Shown piece by piece: positions 47,427 through 56,155 of a stretch of 64,000 bases of DNA. The notes beneath the pieces were generated by a model that did no database searches, was not told where the DNA came from, and saw nothing but the letters and a program-made list of their open reading frames with translations. The DNA is from Candidatus Geothermincolia bacterium (GTDB lineage Bacteria; Actinomycetota; Geothermincolia; Fen-727; Anoxymicrobiaceae). The first letter of the stretch is position 1, and the number at the start of each line of letters is the position of its first letter. The DNA lies in the NCBI GenBank assembly GCA_038326775.1, contig JBBQKJ010000010.1, positions 7,236-71,235 of the forward strand, in the 5' to 3' direction. Both the position numbers and the translations under genes were made by a program.

Positions 47427-47624
47427 TCACCTGAAGCGGCTTGCGGGCTGCGTCGAGCAGGAGTGCACTGACGTGTTTCCCAGGGTCCCGAACACGGAGA
47501 AGACCTTCTTTATGACCCCCTTTTCGCAGGAGAGGCATTTCCTCCCGCTCGAATCCTCTCCCACATCCTGGAGCCTCTGCGTCCTCTCTCCGCACGCGTT
47601 GCACTGGTACTCATAAACAGGCAC
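47427..47624 (-). CDS. FmdB-family zinc-ribbon putative regulatory protein
   Basis: MPVYEYQCNACGERTQ...GRKCLSCEKG... matches the MPxYEYxCxxCG...CxxC FmdB pattern. Confidence 0.7.
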   Translation of the reverse strand: MPVYEYQCNACGERTQRLQDVGEDSSGRKCLSCEKGVIKKVFSVFGTLGNTSVHSCSTQPASRFR

Positions 47625-47666
47625 TTGCTCCTCCTCATCCGCGACGTTTACATCGTCATCGGCGCA

Positions 47667-48662
47667 TCAGGTAGGTATGAAATCGACGTCTCGGACCGTC
47701 ACCAGGCTGAGGGCGCCCGTCGGGCAGACGACCTGGCAGAGCCCGCATCCCATGCATTGCTCCGCGTCCACGGCGGCCACCCCCGTTTCATCGTCCATGG
47801 CGAGCGCCCCGAAGTAACAGCGCTCTAGGCATTCCCCACACGCGTCGCAAAGCTCGGCATCCACGATCGCGGCGTACCTGCTCGGGTCACACAGCTTCAG
47901 ACGGCGCTCGATAAGCATGGGGAAGGTGATGCAGCAGTCGTTGCAGCAGTTGCAGATGAAGTGGAACCCGCTGGTCCTGTTCATCGTGACGTGTATCAGG
48001 CCGGCCTCCTCGGCCTGCCTCAATAACCTGAGCGCCTCTTCCTTGTCTATCTCGCGGCCGCTCCCCCGGTCTATGGTGTACTCCCCCGCTTTGCCCACCT
48101 GGAGGCATATCTCAACCGGCCGGTCGCACTTGCGGGCGGTCAGTCGGCAGGTGCAGTTGACCACCGCTATCGGTGATTCGTTCTCGATGATCTCGCGTAC
48201 GTCTTCAAACGCCAGAATCTGCTGGCGGGCGTCCACCGACTCGCTGACGGGCACCACGCGGGCGACAGGCTTGGGCAGGAGCTTATCCACTATCTCCGAG
48301 AAAGCCGGCCACTCCGTCTCCATGTACTCCTGCCAGAGGTCGAGGTACTCACGGGGCGCCTCCGGCCAGAGTATCGAGGCGTCGTGGAACTGCATAAAAT
48401 CGCGGCACATCCGAAATTCCGTGCCTTCTGGCCGGGCTTTCTTAAAGACCAACCCCTTGTGAAAAAGCTCCTCCATCATGACCCGTACGGAATCTTCGTC
48501 ACGGCCGAGCTTCCCGGCGGCCTGCGCGACGGTACCGGGCAGCGCCAGGAGGAGGTCCGCCTCGTCGGGAGGAGCGATCATCTCGAAAAGCCGCGGCATG
48601 ATCAGCGAGCTCCCCATCATTATCTTTTCCGCCAGTGTCTGATACCGCTCGTCGTTTCCCAT
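47667..48662 (-). CDS. Fe-S protein: unknown N-domain, Cys-rich middle (CTCRLTARKC...C, CNCCNDCC) and C-terminal 2x[4Fe-4S] ferredoxin
   Basis: ...CDACGECLERC... and ...CMGCGLCQVVCP... give the ferredoxin motifs; total 17 Cys. Confidence 0.6.
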   Translation of the reverse strand: MGNDERYQTLAEKIMMGSSLIMPRLFEMIAPPDEADLLLALPGTVAQAAGKLGRDEDSVRVMMEELFHKGLVFKKARPEGTEFRMCRDFMQFHDASILWPEAPREYLDLWQEYMETEWPAFSEIVDKLLPKPVARVVPVSESVDARQQILAFEDVREIIENESPIAVVNCTCRLTARKCDRPVEICLQVGKAGEYTIDRGSGREIDKEEALRLLRQAEEAGLIHVTMNRTSGFHFICNCCNDCCITFPMLIERRLKLCDPSRYAAIVDAELCDACGECLERCYFGALAMDDETGVAAVDAEQCMGCGLCQVVCPTGALSLVTVRDVDFIPT

Positions 48663-48750
48663 GGTACCTTTCCTCCCGTTTCCTGCCGGGTTGACCGCAT
48701 CTTAGCAGCAAACCGGCGACCTGCCTCTGACATTTATCAATAGTTATTCA

Positions 48751-49278
48751 TCAATCGATACCCTCGCTTGCGGCCTCCATGTACACGTCATAGTCTTTCT
48801 TGTTGAAGGCACAGCAGATGACCCTGTCGAGCGTGGAGTCATTCGCAAGGAAGTCTCTTACCTCCTTGAGCGCGATCCTCGAGGCCCTGTCGATAGGGAA
48901 TCCGTAAACGCCGGTGCTGATGGACGGAAAACCGATTGTCTTCACCCCCTTCTCAACCGCCAGCCCGAGGCTGTTCAGATAGCAGCTAGCCAGAAGGGCA
49001 TCCTCGTTTGATTCCCCACCGTGCCAGACCGGGCCTACCGCGTGGATCACGTACCTCGCCGGCAGGTCATACCCGGCCGTTATTCTGGCTTCACCTGTCT
49101 GGCAGCCGCCCAGCGAGCGCGTTTCCTCGAGCAGTTTCGGGCCGGCGCCCCTGTGGATAGCCCCGTCAACACCGCCTCCACCGAGAAGGCTCTTGTTGGC
49201 GGCGTTCACTATGGCATCCACGTCAAGCCTCGTGATGTCCCCTTCGATGATTTCCAGGCGACCTCCGAGAAACTCCAT
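48751..49278 (-). CDS. Macro domain protein (ADP-ribose / O-acetyl-ADP-ribose processing, YmdB-like)
   Basis: ...IEGDITRLDVDAIVNAANKSLLGGGGVDGAIHRGAG... ...GFPSISTGVYGFP... Confidence 0.85.
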   Translation of the reverse strand: MEFLGGRLEIIEGDITRLDVDAIVNAANKSLLGGGGVDGAIHRGAGPKLLEETRSLGGCQTGEARITAGYDLPARYVIHAVGPVWHGGESNEDALLASCYLNSLGLAVEKGVKTIGFPSISTGVYGFPIDRASRIALKEVRDFLANDSTLDRVICCAFNKKDYDVYMEAASEGID

Positions 49279-49569
49279 GACGGCCCCCTTTGTTTTCCGC
49301 TTCCGACCTGCCCGAGAGGAGTATATCAAAGGACAGGCGGTTGTCCGCCCGTCATTACGCCCCGCCTCTGCACGACATAACCGGGGGGCCCATGACCGCC
49401 CCGCGCCTGGTGATTATGACGATGTTCGGTTGGTACAACCCCCGCGCCGCGCTGTGGGCGATTCGCCGGCGAAGTAAGATCATGAATACTTCTCGCTCGC
49501 TCTGGCTGTACGGGCAAACACGGTGTAACCTCAAGGTGTGCAGCTGTGCGGAAGAGGGAGGTGGGGTTT

Positions 49570-50553
49570 GTGTCGGTAGTCGCGGTGACAGGTTGCTCTG
49601 GATATATAGGGTCCCGCCTCCAGCGGTTCCTTGACGACGATGACACGGTTTCGAAGGTGGTGGGTGTGGACATCAACATTCCGGCCTTCGATTCACCCAA
49701 GCTCGAGTTCCACCGACTGGACGTTCGCGACCGGGTCATCTCCTCTCTCTTCAAGGAAAAGGGCGTCCACAGGGTCGTGCACCTTGCCTTCGTGATGAAC
49801 CCGCTTCACGACGAAGCCCTGATGCACGACATCGACCTTGGTGGCGCGGCGAACGTGCTGGCTGCCACCGGCGCCTGCGGCGCTGACCAACTGGTGGTCG
49901 CGTCATCGACAACCGCGTTCGGGGCGTTCCCGGATAATCCGCAGTGGCTCACTGAGGAAGACCCTGTCCGAAGATTTGAAAACTATTACTATTCCGCCGA
50001 CAAGTACGACGTGGAGATGATGCTGCGGCAGTTCGCCACCGGGCATCCCGCGGTCAAGGTGGCTATTGTCCGCCCCTGCTTCGTTTTCGGGCCAAACATC
50101 GACAACTTCGTTTCTCGCTTCATCCTGAAGCTGCCTTTATTGCCCGGCCTGGGAGGAGCGCGCCCGGACCTGCAGTTCGTCCACGAGGACGACGCGGCCG
50201 ACGTGTTCATGCGGGTTCTCGACAAGAGGGCCGCGGGGTGCTTCCACGCGGTCGGCGAGGGCACCGTCAACCTGAGCCGCATAGCCGGGCTTGCCGGCAA
50301 GCGGATACTGGACCTCCCGGCGGCGCTGGTCTCTGGAGCGGTGAACGTCCTCTGGAAGCTGCACGCTCCCTTGATAGAGGGACCCGCCGGCATGCTCGAC
50401 TTCATCCGCCACCGCTGGACCGCAACTGACGCGATTACCAGGGAAAAGCTGGGAATAGTCTCGATGCGCACGAGCGAAGAAGTGCTTCGCCTCATGCTGG
50501 AAAGCAAGAGTGCGCTTTCAAGCCGTGAGATTCTCAACCCGCACCAGGGTTGA
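49570..50553 (+). CDS. NAD-dependent epimerase/dehydratase family (extended SDR)
   Basis: ...VAVTGCSGYIGSRL... Rossmann GxxGxxG; ...YYSADKYDVE... (YxxxK). GTG start chosen after AAGAGGGAGG RBS. Confidence 0.75.
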   Translation: MSVVAVTGCSGYIGSRLQRFLDDDDTVSKVVGVDINIPAFDSPKLEFHRLDVRDRVISSLFKEKGVHRVVHLAFVMNPLHDEALMHDIDLGGAANVLAATGACGADQLVVASSTTAFGAFPDNPQWLTEEDPVRRFENYYYSADKYDVEMMLRQFATGHPAVKVAIVRPCFVFGPNIDNFVSRFILKLPLLPGLGGARPDLQFVHEDDAADVFMRVLDKRAAGCFHAVGEGTVNLSRIAGLAGKRILDLPAALVSGAVNVLWKLHAPLIEGPAGMLDFIRHRWTATDAITREKLGIVSMRTSEEVLRLMLESKSALSSREILNPHQG

Positions 50554-51447
50554 GGCCTTCGCGAAGGTTTGCGGTTCGGCAAGGCCGGGGCCCTGGTTCA
50601 TCACTGCGGCAACCGAGCACGCGAGACCTGTCTTGAAGACACGCTCCAGGGGCAAAGACTGTACTATTCCCATAACAAGCCCCGCCACCATCGAGTCGCC
50701 TGCCCCGACCGTATCGCCCGGGACGACCGGCACTACGCCCCTGAGCACCGTATCGCGGGTAATAAGAAGAGCGCCGGACCGGCCAAGCGAGACCACCACT
50801 ATCTCCACGCCCTTCTTGCCGAGCCCCCGGCAGAACTCGATTATCTCGGGCTCCTCGACAAGCTCTCTGCCGGCAAGCCCCCGCAGCTCGGCCAGGTTTG
50901 GCTTGACGAGGTAGGGGCCCGCCTCCAGGCCCGCGGCCAGCGCGGCCCCGTGGCTGTCGAGAACTACCCTGGAGCCCCTGGACTTCCCCGCCATGGTTAT
51001 CTCGCGGTAGATATCGTCGTTCACTCCTGGCGGAAGCGAGCCCGACAACACCAATATTTCCGGGGCCTGTGTTATCTGGCAGATCAAGTTGGTTATCCTG
51101 TCGGCCTCGGCCCTCTGAACCGGCGGGCCGGAGGCCTTTATCACCAGTTCGCGCTTGTCGCCGGCGCCGAGGATGACCACGTTGGTGCGCGTGTCGCTCT
51201 TTATCTTGACTATCTGGAGTATCAGGCCCTCGTCCCGAAGAAGGTCGAGCACTTCCTCTCCCACGTAGCCGCCGACAAGTCCCATCGTGACCGAGTCGGT
51301 GCCCATGGCCCTGAGCGCGCGGGAGACGTTGATGCCCTTGCCACCAGGGCTCTTGATCACCTCAAGGGCCTCGAGCGGCTCTCCGAATCCGATCTTGTCG
51401 AGCACGTAGGTTATGTCGAGGGTCGGGTTGAGCGTTACCGTGTATAT
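50518..51447 (-). CDS. PfkB-family carbohydrate kinase (1-phosphofructokinase / tagatose-6-phosphate kinase-like)
   Basis: MIYTVTLNPTLDITY...KSPGGKGINVSRAL... ...DTVGAGDSMVAGL... (GAGD anion hole). Its 3' end overlaps the convergent epimerase gene by 36 nt. Confidence 0.8.
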   Translation of the reverse strand: MYTVTLNPTLDITYVLDKIGFGEPLEALEVIKSPGGKGINVSRALRAMGTDSVTMGLVGGYVGEEVLDLLRDEGLILQIVKIKSDTRTNVVILGAGDKRELVIKASGPPVQRAEADRITNLICQITQAPEILVLSGSLPPGVNDDIYREITMAGKSRGSRVVLDSHGAALAAGLEAGPYLVKPNLAELRGLAGRELVEEPEIIEFCRGLGKKGVEIVVVSLGRSGALLITRDTVLRGVVPVVPGDTVGAGDSMVAGLVMGIVQSLPLERVFKTGLACSVAAVMNQGPGLAEPQTFAKASTLVRVENLTA

Positions 51448-51617
51448 CATCCTGCCTCCTGAACCGGCACCTTTCCCGGCGAATGTCATGCCCCGTCTCG
51501 GCTTGCTAAATGATACCATTTCTTTTACGCATGGAGTCGAACCGCGGGGGGCCGGGGGGCCGTTGACCCGGAGCAGGATAGTCAGCCAGATGTTCACTTC
51601 AGCGAAAGGAGCAGACG

Positions 51618-52514
51618 ATGGCCGCCGTAGAGAACGGCTCGGGATGGAGCGCAAGGAAAATACTGGCCGTGGTCATACCAGTCTGCGTGCTTGTCATAGC
51701 AGTGACGGTTATCGGTGTGCTGGTGCTCGGCAATGGCGATTCTGAGAAATCCGGCCCGACCGGCAAGCCGGCGACGGAGGAAGAGATAGCCGGCCAGTAC
51801 GAGCAGATAAAGACCGATGCCGACGCCGCGGTGAAGCAGCTCGAGCAGCTCGAAACCCAGCAGACACAGCAGGATACCGCCGCCTACCAGCAGCAGATCG
51901 AGCAGGCCGGCGCCGAGATGGCGCAGCTCGAAAAGGACACCGCCGAAGCTCTCGCGGCTGCCGGGCAAGCCTCGACGGAAGTGTCGAGCGCGGCGGGTAC
52001 TGCCACCGAGGTCGCCCTGGAATACGAGGCTTTCTTAAAAGAGCTCGAGGCGTATTACGCATACGTGGAAGGCCTCACGCAGCAGGCCGTGACCCAGGTC
52101 GAATACCTGAAGTCCGTGGCTCCCACCATGCAGGACGTCCAGCAGTGGCAGCATCTCGCGACGCGCCTCGGCGAGGCGCCGACCCCCGCCCTTCAGAGGC
52201 AGCTGTCCGGCCAGCTCACCGGCCGCGCGCAGCAGGCGCTCTCAAGCCACCAGTCTCTTACGACGACCGCGCCCGATTCGCTGAAGGGCTATGGAGACAG
52301 TGTCCAGGCCCTCACGGGCCAGCTGGGAGGAATATCAGAGCAGATGAGCCGGGCGCTGGCATCCGGAAACAAGGCTTCTTTCGACGCTCTGTCTAACCAG
52401 ATGACCGCCGCTTTAGACCAGGCACAGCTGCAGCTCGCCGGCGCGTTCGACTCCTTCAGCTCGGGGCTCTCCTCCGCTGCTTCGAAGGTGGACGCGGCAA
52501 TGCCAGAGAAATAA
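51618..52514 (+). CDS. Membrane-anchored Gln/Ala-rich coiled-coil protein (hypothetical)
   Basis: N-terminal TM ILAVVIPVCVLVIAVTVIGVLVL, then a long low-complexity Q/A/E-rich helical region. Confidence 0.5.
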   Translation: MAAVENGSGWSARKILAVVIPVCVLVIAVTVIGVLVLGNGDSEKSGPTGKPATEEEIAGQYEQIKTDADAAVKQLEQLETQQTQQDTAAYQQQIEQAGAEMAQLEKDTAEALAAAGQASTEVSSAAGTATEVALEYEAFLKELEAYYAYVEGLTQQAVTQVEYLKSVAPTMQDVQQWQHLATRLGEAPTPALQRQLSGQLTGRAQQALSSHQSLTTTAPDSLKGYGDSVQALTGQLGGISEQMSRALASGNKASFDALSNQMTAALDQAQLQLAGAFDSFSSGLSSAASKVDAAMPEK

Positions 52515-52551
52515 GTTTCGGTCTGGTCCGTCAAACCAGCGGAGCTGCCGG

Positions 52552-53211
52552 ATGAGCACTTCGTGGCAGATTGTCATACGCGTCCTGCTGGCCATGTTGT
52601 GCGGGGGCCTGGTAGGGTTGCAGCGCGAGCTTACAGACCACCCCGCCGGCATTCGAACCCACATACTGGTCACGGTCGGTGCATGCGTTTTCACCGCCAT
52701 GTCGTTGTTCGGCTTCCCCGGCTTCCCGAGGGGGGACCGGGTGGCGGCCGCGGTTGTCACCGGCATCGGATTCATCGGCGGCGGTGCGATCCTCAGGAGC
52801 AGAGACGGTTGGGTCACAGGTCTTACAACCGCGGCGAGCCTGTGGAGCGTCGCCGCCATAGGCATGCTGATGGCGACCGGCTACTACGCTGTGGGCTTCG
52901 TGGTGACCGCCATCGACCTGCTGGTCCTGGAGTTGATAGACCGTGCGATCGATGTTGTGTCACCGAAGGTCAAGACGCACACGATGCCAGTCAACATCGC
53001 CGGGGCCTACACGGACGAAAGCTTCGACGACGTGCTCGAGGTGCTCGAGCGCAACGGGTGCTGCCCCCAGCTTATCCATTTCCACCGGCTCGAGGGCGGG
53101 GAGAATATCGACCAGCGGCTGCTGGCCGGGCTTGGCCCGAAAAGCGGTTTGAAAGAAGTCACCGAACAGCTTTACGAGATCAGGGGTGTTTCGCAGGTCC
53201 GCTGGGGATAA
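52552..53211 (+). CDS. MgtC/SapB family membrane protein
   Basis: ...RVLLAMLCGGLVGLQRE...GIRTHILV... ...GIGFIGGGAIL... typical MgtC N-domain plus a C-terminal ACT-like domain. Confidence 0.85.
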   Translation: MSTSWQIVIRVLLAMLCGGLVGLQRELTDHPAGIRTHILVTVGACVFTAMSLFGFPGFPRGDRVAAAVVTGIGFIGGGAILRSRDGWVTGLTTAASLWSVAAIGMLMATGYYAVGFVVTAIDLLVLELIDRAIDVVSPKVKTHTMPVNIAGAYTDESFDDVLEVLERNGCCPQLIHFHRLEGGENIDQRLLAGLGPKSGLKEVTEQLYEIRGVSQVRWG

Positions 53212-53506
53212 AGCGGTTCACCCGGAAATGCCCGAGGAACGGCAGTGCCGGTCTTGCTACGCCGGGGAAACGGGCTGGCCTTTTGCAAAGCGCCGTTTTC
53301 TTTGCCAGTATGATGTCGCCGGCTATCAGGAACTCCAGCCCGAGAAGTATGCTTCTTGCGACGGTCTCGCGGTAGTCGCGGTAAGGGTCTGCCGGCCCGT
53401 GCTTGCGGTGAAAGATGTTGCGCATGAACGTGATGGTGGCGTACAGGGCGCCTATCACGATGACGGCCACACCGGCGGCGTCGATGACCTTGCTGGTGAA
53501 ATCCAT
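53180..53506 (-). CDS. DUF1622-like small membrane protein
   Basis: MDFTSKVIDAAGVAVIVIGALYATITFM... ...ILLGLEFLIAGDII... Its 3' end overlaps MgtC by about 30 nt (convergent). Confidence 0.55.
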   Translation of the reverse strand: MDFTSKVIDAAGVAVIVIGALYATITFMRNIFHRKHGPADPYRDYRETVARSILLGLEFLIAGDIILAKKTALCKRPARFPGVARPALPFLGHFRVNRFIPSGPAKHP

Positions 53507-53730
53507 TATCTCCTTGAAGTGCACGACGCCCCTCCATTCCTCACGGACAAACTGCCACCGGGCAATCGAACTACTCTCATCGCCCGGACCACCCCGGTCA
53601 CCCGCTTCGCGTTATTGTTCTCTTCGCCGTCGAATTCATTAATTCATTTTGCCTGCAATGCCTTGCGGATGAACCGGCTGTAGCCCGGCCCATCGCCCTT
53701 TTTCGCGCGAAGGAACACCGCCTCGAAAAC

Positions 53731-55593
53731 TTGTACAATAACTTGAAGCTGGAGGCCTTTAGCGGTCGGCGCGGGTGGCGGACAGGAGAGCGACTTTTGA
53801 GCAACAGGCGAAAGAAAGTTATTATCTACGCACTTGTCGTGCTCATCTTCACTCTCATGACCCTCTTCTACACACGCCCGCTAGCGCTCAAGGCTGACGA
53901 CCATACCATGCGTGAGAACTGGGGCGACACCCTCTTCAACATCTACGTTATCAACTGGACAGCCCACTCGCTCAAGACAAACCCTCTCGGTCTCTTCAAC
54001 GCCACCATGTTCTACCCGAACCGCTACACGCTCGCATACTCGGACCACGAGTTTATGAGCGCCCTCATCGCCCTGCCCGTGCTTGCCCTGACCCATAACG
54101 GCGTGCTTGGTTTCAACTTCGTTATCATGATGAGCTTTATTATCGGCGCGCTTGGCGCCTTCCTGCTCGTCGAGCACCTGACCGGCGACAGGCTGGCCGC
54201 CTTCGCGGGCGGGGTGATATTCGGCTTCTCCCTTTACAGGCTCGCCCACATAACACATATGCAGCTGCTGTCCACGGGGTTCCTGCCGCTGGCCTTCCTC
54301 TGTCTCCACCTTTTCACGGAGAGAAAGAAGCCCCTCTACGCCTTCTTGTTCAGCATCTTTTCAATCGCGCTCTTCTTGACGGTCTGGAGCTACGGCTTCT
54401 TCCTGGCATTCGCCGTGCTCGTATACCTTGCCGTCCTCGTGGTGCTGGAACGCACGAAAGTCTACGCCTTCATCAGGGGAAAGGCCGGTGCCCTCGAGCG
54501 GAGAGCGGCTTTCCGATGGGCGGCGTTCCTGTTGGCTTCGTTCGTGTTGATCGGGGCGGTTCTGGCGCCGTTCATCCTCCCCTACCTGAAAGCGCGCAAG
54601 CTCAACCCTGGCTTCCAGCGGGACATCTCGGAGATCTACAGCTACTCAGGCGATGTGGCCGACTTCCTGGTGGCCCCGAAGCAGAGCCTGTTCTGGGGGG
54701 CGGCCACCGGCGTTCTGCGCCCCGAGCCTTACCCTCGCGGCAACGGCTCCGAGAGGTCGCTCTTCACCGGTCTGCTCCCTTACCTGCTCGCCATCGCGGG
54801 CGTCGTCTATCTTCACGGGATGGGCCGTTCAAAGCGTTTCATACTGTGGTTCTACGTGGTCCTGCTCCTGCTTGCGGCCCTGATGTGCCTTGGTGTCACC
54901 TTCTACGCGTTCGGTCGCCACGGGGGCATCTGGATGCCATACCGCCTCCTCTACCACTTCTTTCCGGGCTTCAAGGCCATCCGCACGCCCACGCGGATGT
55001 TCGTCCTGGTGCTGCTGTCGCTCTCGGTGCTTGGCGGGTTCGGGGTAAAGTGGCTGCGCCAGAGGCTGGAGGGCCGCCTCGACAAACTCGCGGTGGTCTT
55101 CCTCATGGTGGCGCTCCTTGTCCTGATGTTCGCGGAGGTCATGCCCACCGGCATCGAGATGAAGAGGATCGAGACCAGGGACGAGTTCCCGGCTGTCTAT
55201 AGCTGGCTGGCCACCCGCCGGGGAGACGCACCCACCGTGGTATTCCCGCTGGCGCCTTACGACGCCGAGGCTCCCTCCGGTATAAACGAACCGGCCTTTG
55301 TAGGCATGGAACCTCATCGCATCTACCACAACACCGCCAACTGGAAGAAGCTCCTCAACGGTTACTCCGGCTACATCCCCGTTTCCTACAAGGACGCCGT
55401 GAAATACACGCGCGACTTCCCTTCCCCCGGCGCCCTTTCCTTCCTGCGCGGCTTGAAGATAAAGTATGTCCTGCTGGAAAGCCAGTGGTACGAGCCCGCG
55501 GTGCTGAAGGTCATCCTGCAGCGGGCAATGCGCGATCGCAGGCTGTCGCTCGAGTACGAGGCCAGCGGTTATTACGCGTTCCGATTGAGGTGA
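53731..55593 (+). CDS. Large polytopic membrane protein (about 13 TM), possible GT-C-type glycosyltransferase or YfhO-like; function unknown
   Basis: 620 aa; repeated hydrophobic helices, first loop ...FYPNRYTLAYSDHEFMSAL..., large C-terminal soluble domain. The start is uncertain; an internal TTG is possible. Confidence 0.5.
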   Translation: MYNNLKLEAFSGRRGWRTGERLLSNRRKKVIIYALVVLIFTLMTLFYTRPLALKADDHTMRENWGDTLFNIYVINWTAHSLKTNPLGLFNATMFYPNRYTLAYSDHEFMSALIALPVLALTHNGVLGFNFVIMMSFIIGALGAFLLVEHLTGDRLAAFAGGVIFGFSLYRLAHITHMQLLSTGFLPLAFLCLHLFTERKKPLYAFLFSIFSIALFLTVWSYGFFLAFAVLVYLAVLVVLERTKVYAFIRGKAGALERRAAFRWAAFLLASFVLIGAVLAPFILPYLKARKLNPGFQRDISEIYSYSGDVADFLVAPKQSLFWGAATGVLRPEPYPRGNGSERSLFTGLLPYLLAIAGVVYLHGMGRSKRFILWFYVVLLLLAALMCLGVTFYAFGRHGGIWMPYRLLYHFFPGFKAIRTPTRMFVLVLLSLSVLGGFGVKWLRQRLEGRLDKLAVVFLMVALLVLMFAEVMPTGIEMKRIETRDEFPAVYSWLATRRGDAPTVVFPLAPYDAEAPSGINEPAFVGMEPHRIYHNTANWKKLLNGYSGYIPVSYKDAVKYTRDFPSPGALSFLRGLKIKYVLLESQWYEPAVLKVILQRAMRDRRLSLEYEASGYYAFRLR

Positions 55594-55720
55594 GGGCCCG
55601 GCGCGCGGGCCATAGCGCATTGCGCGATAGACGGTACGCTCCGACAGGAAGTCGCTTCCTGCTGTAGAAGCAATGGGCTGAGGAGACATGCAGAACTCAT
55701 TGAAGAGAAGGGAGGCCAGG

Positions 55721-56065
55721 ATGAGCCAGGCACTGGAGCGTTTCAAGCAGGCCCCCGGTGCGATGAAGCATTTCTTCGCGGACCGGCTTTCCCGGGCGCG
55801 CACCTCCGAGCCCGAAAACCTCGGGAAAGGTGAGGGCGCCCTGGTCCAGGCCAGCTCCGGGAAGGTCGCGGTCTATCGTGACGAGGAGGGCAAGCTCCAC
55901 GCCATGTCCCCGGTCTGCACTCACCTGAGGTGCATCGTCGACTGGAACGCAGCCGAAAAGACCTGGGACTGCCCCTGCCACGGCTCTCGTTACGACCCCT
56001 ACGGGCACGTGACTAGCGGCCCGGCCAGGAAGAACCTGGCACACGAAGACCTCGAAGCCGACTAA
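55721..56065 (+). CDS. Rieske [2Fe-2S] domain protein
   Basis: ...CTHLRC...(x17)...CPCHGSRY is the CxH...CxxH Rieske motif. AGGGAGG RBS. Confidence 0.8.
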   Translation: MSQALERFKQAPGAMKHFFADRLSRARTSEPENLGKGEGALVQASSGKVAVYRDEEGKLHAMSPVCTHLRCIVDWNAAEKTWDCPCHGSRYDPYGHVTSGPARKNLAHEDLEAD

Positions 56066-56155
56066 AAATTGGGGTCAGATCTGATTTCATCAGCCGGTCT
56101 TACTCGAGCCGTGTGACGGCCAACGACTGATGAAATCAGATCTGACCCCAATTTT
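56065..56155. repeat. Perfect 29-bp AT-rich inverted repeat (arms 56065-56093 and 56127-56155) with 33-nt spacer; candidate bidirectional terminator between the Rieske gene and the glycyl-radical enzyme gene
   Basis: AAAATTGGGGTCAGATCTGATTTCATCAG ... CTGATGAAATCAGATCTGACCCCAATTTT. Both strands end in CCCCAAUUUU(U). The two arms touch the stop codons of the two convergent genes exactly. Confidence 0.55.
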
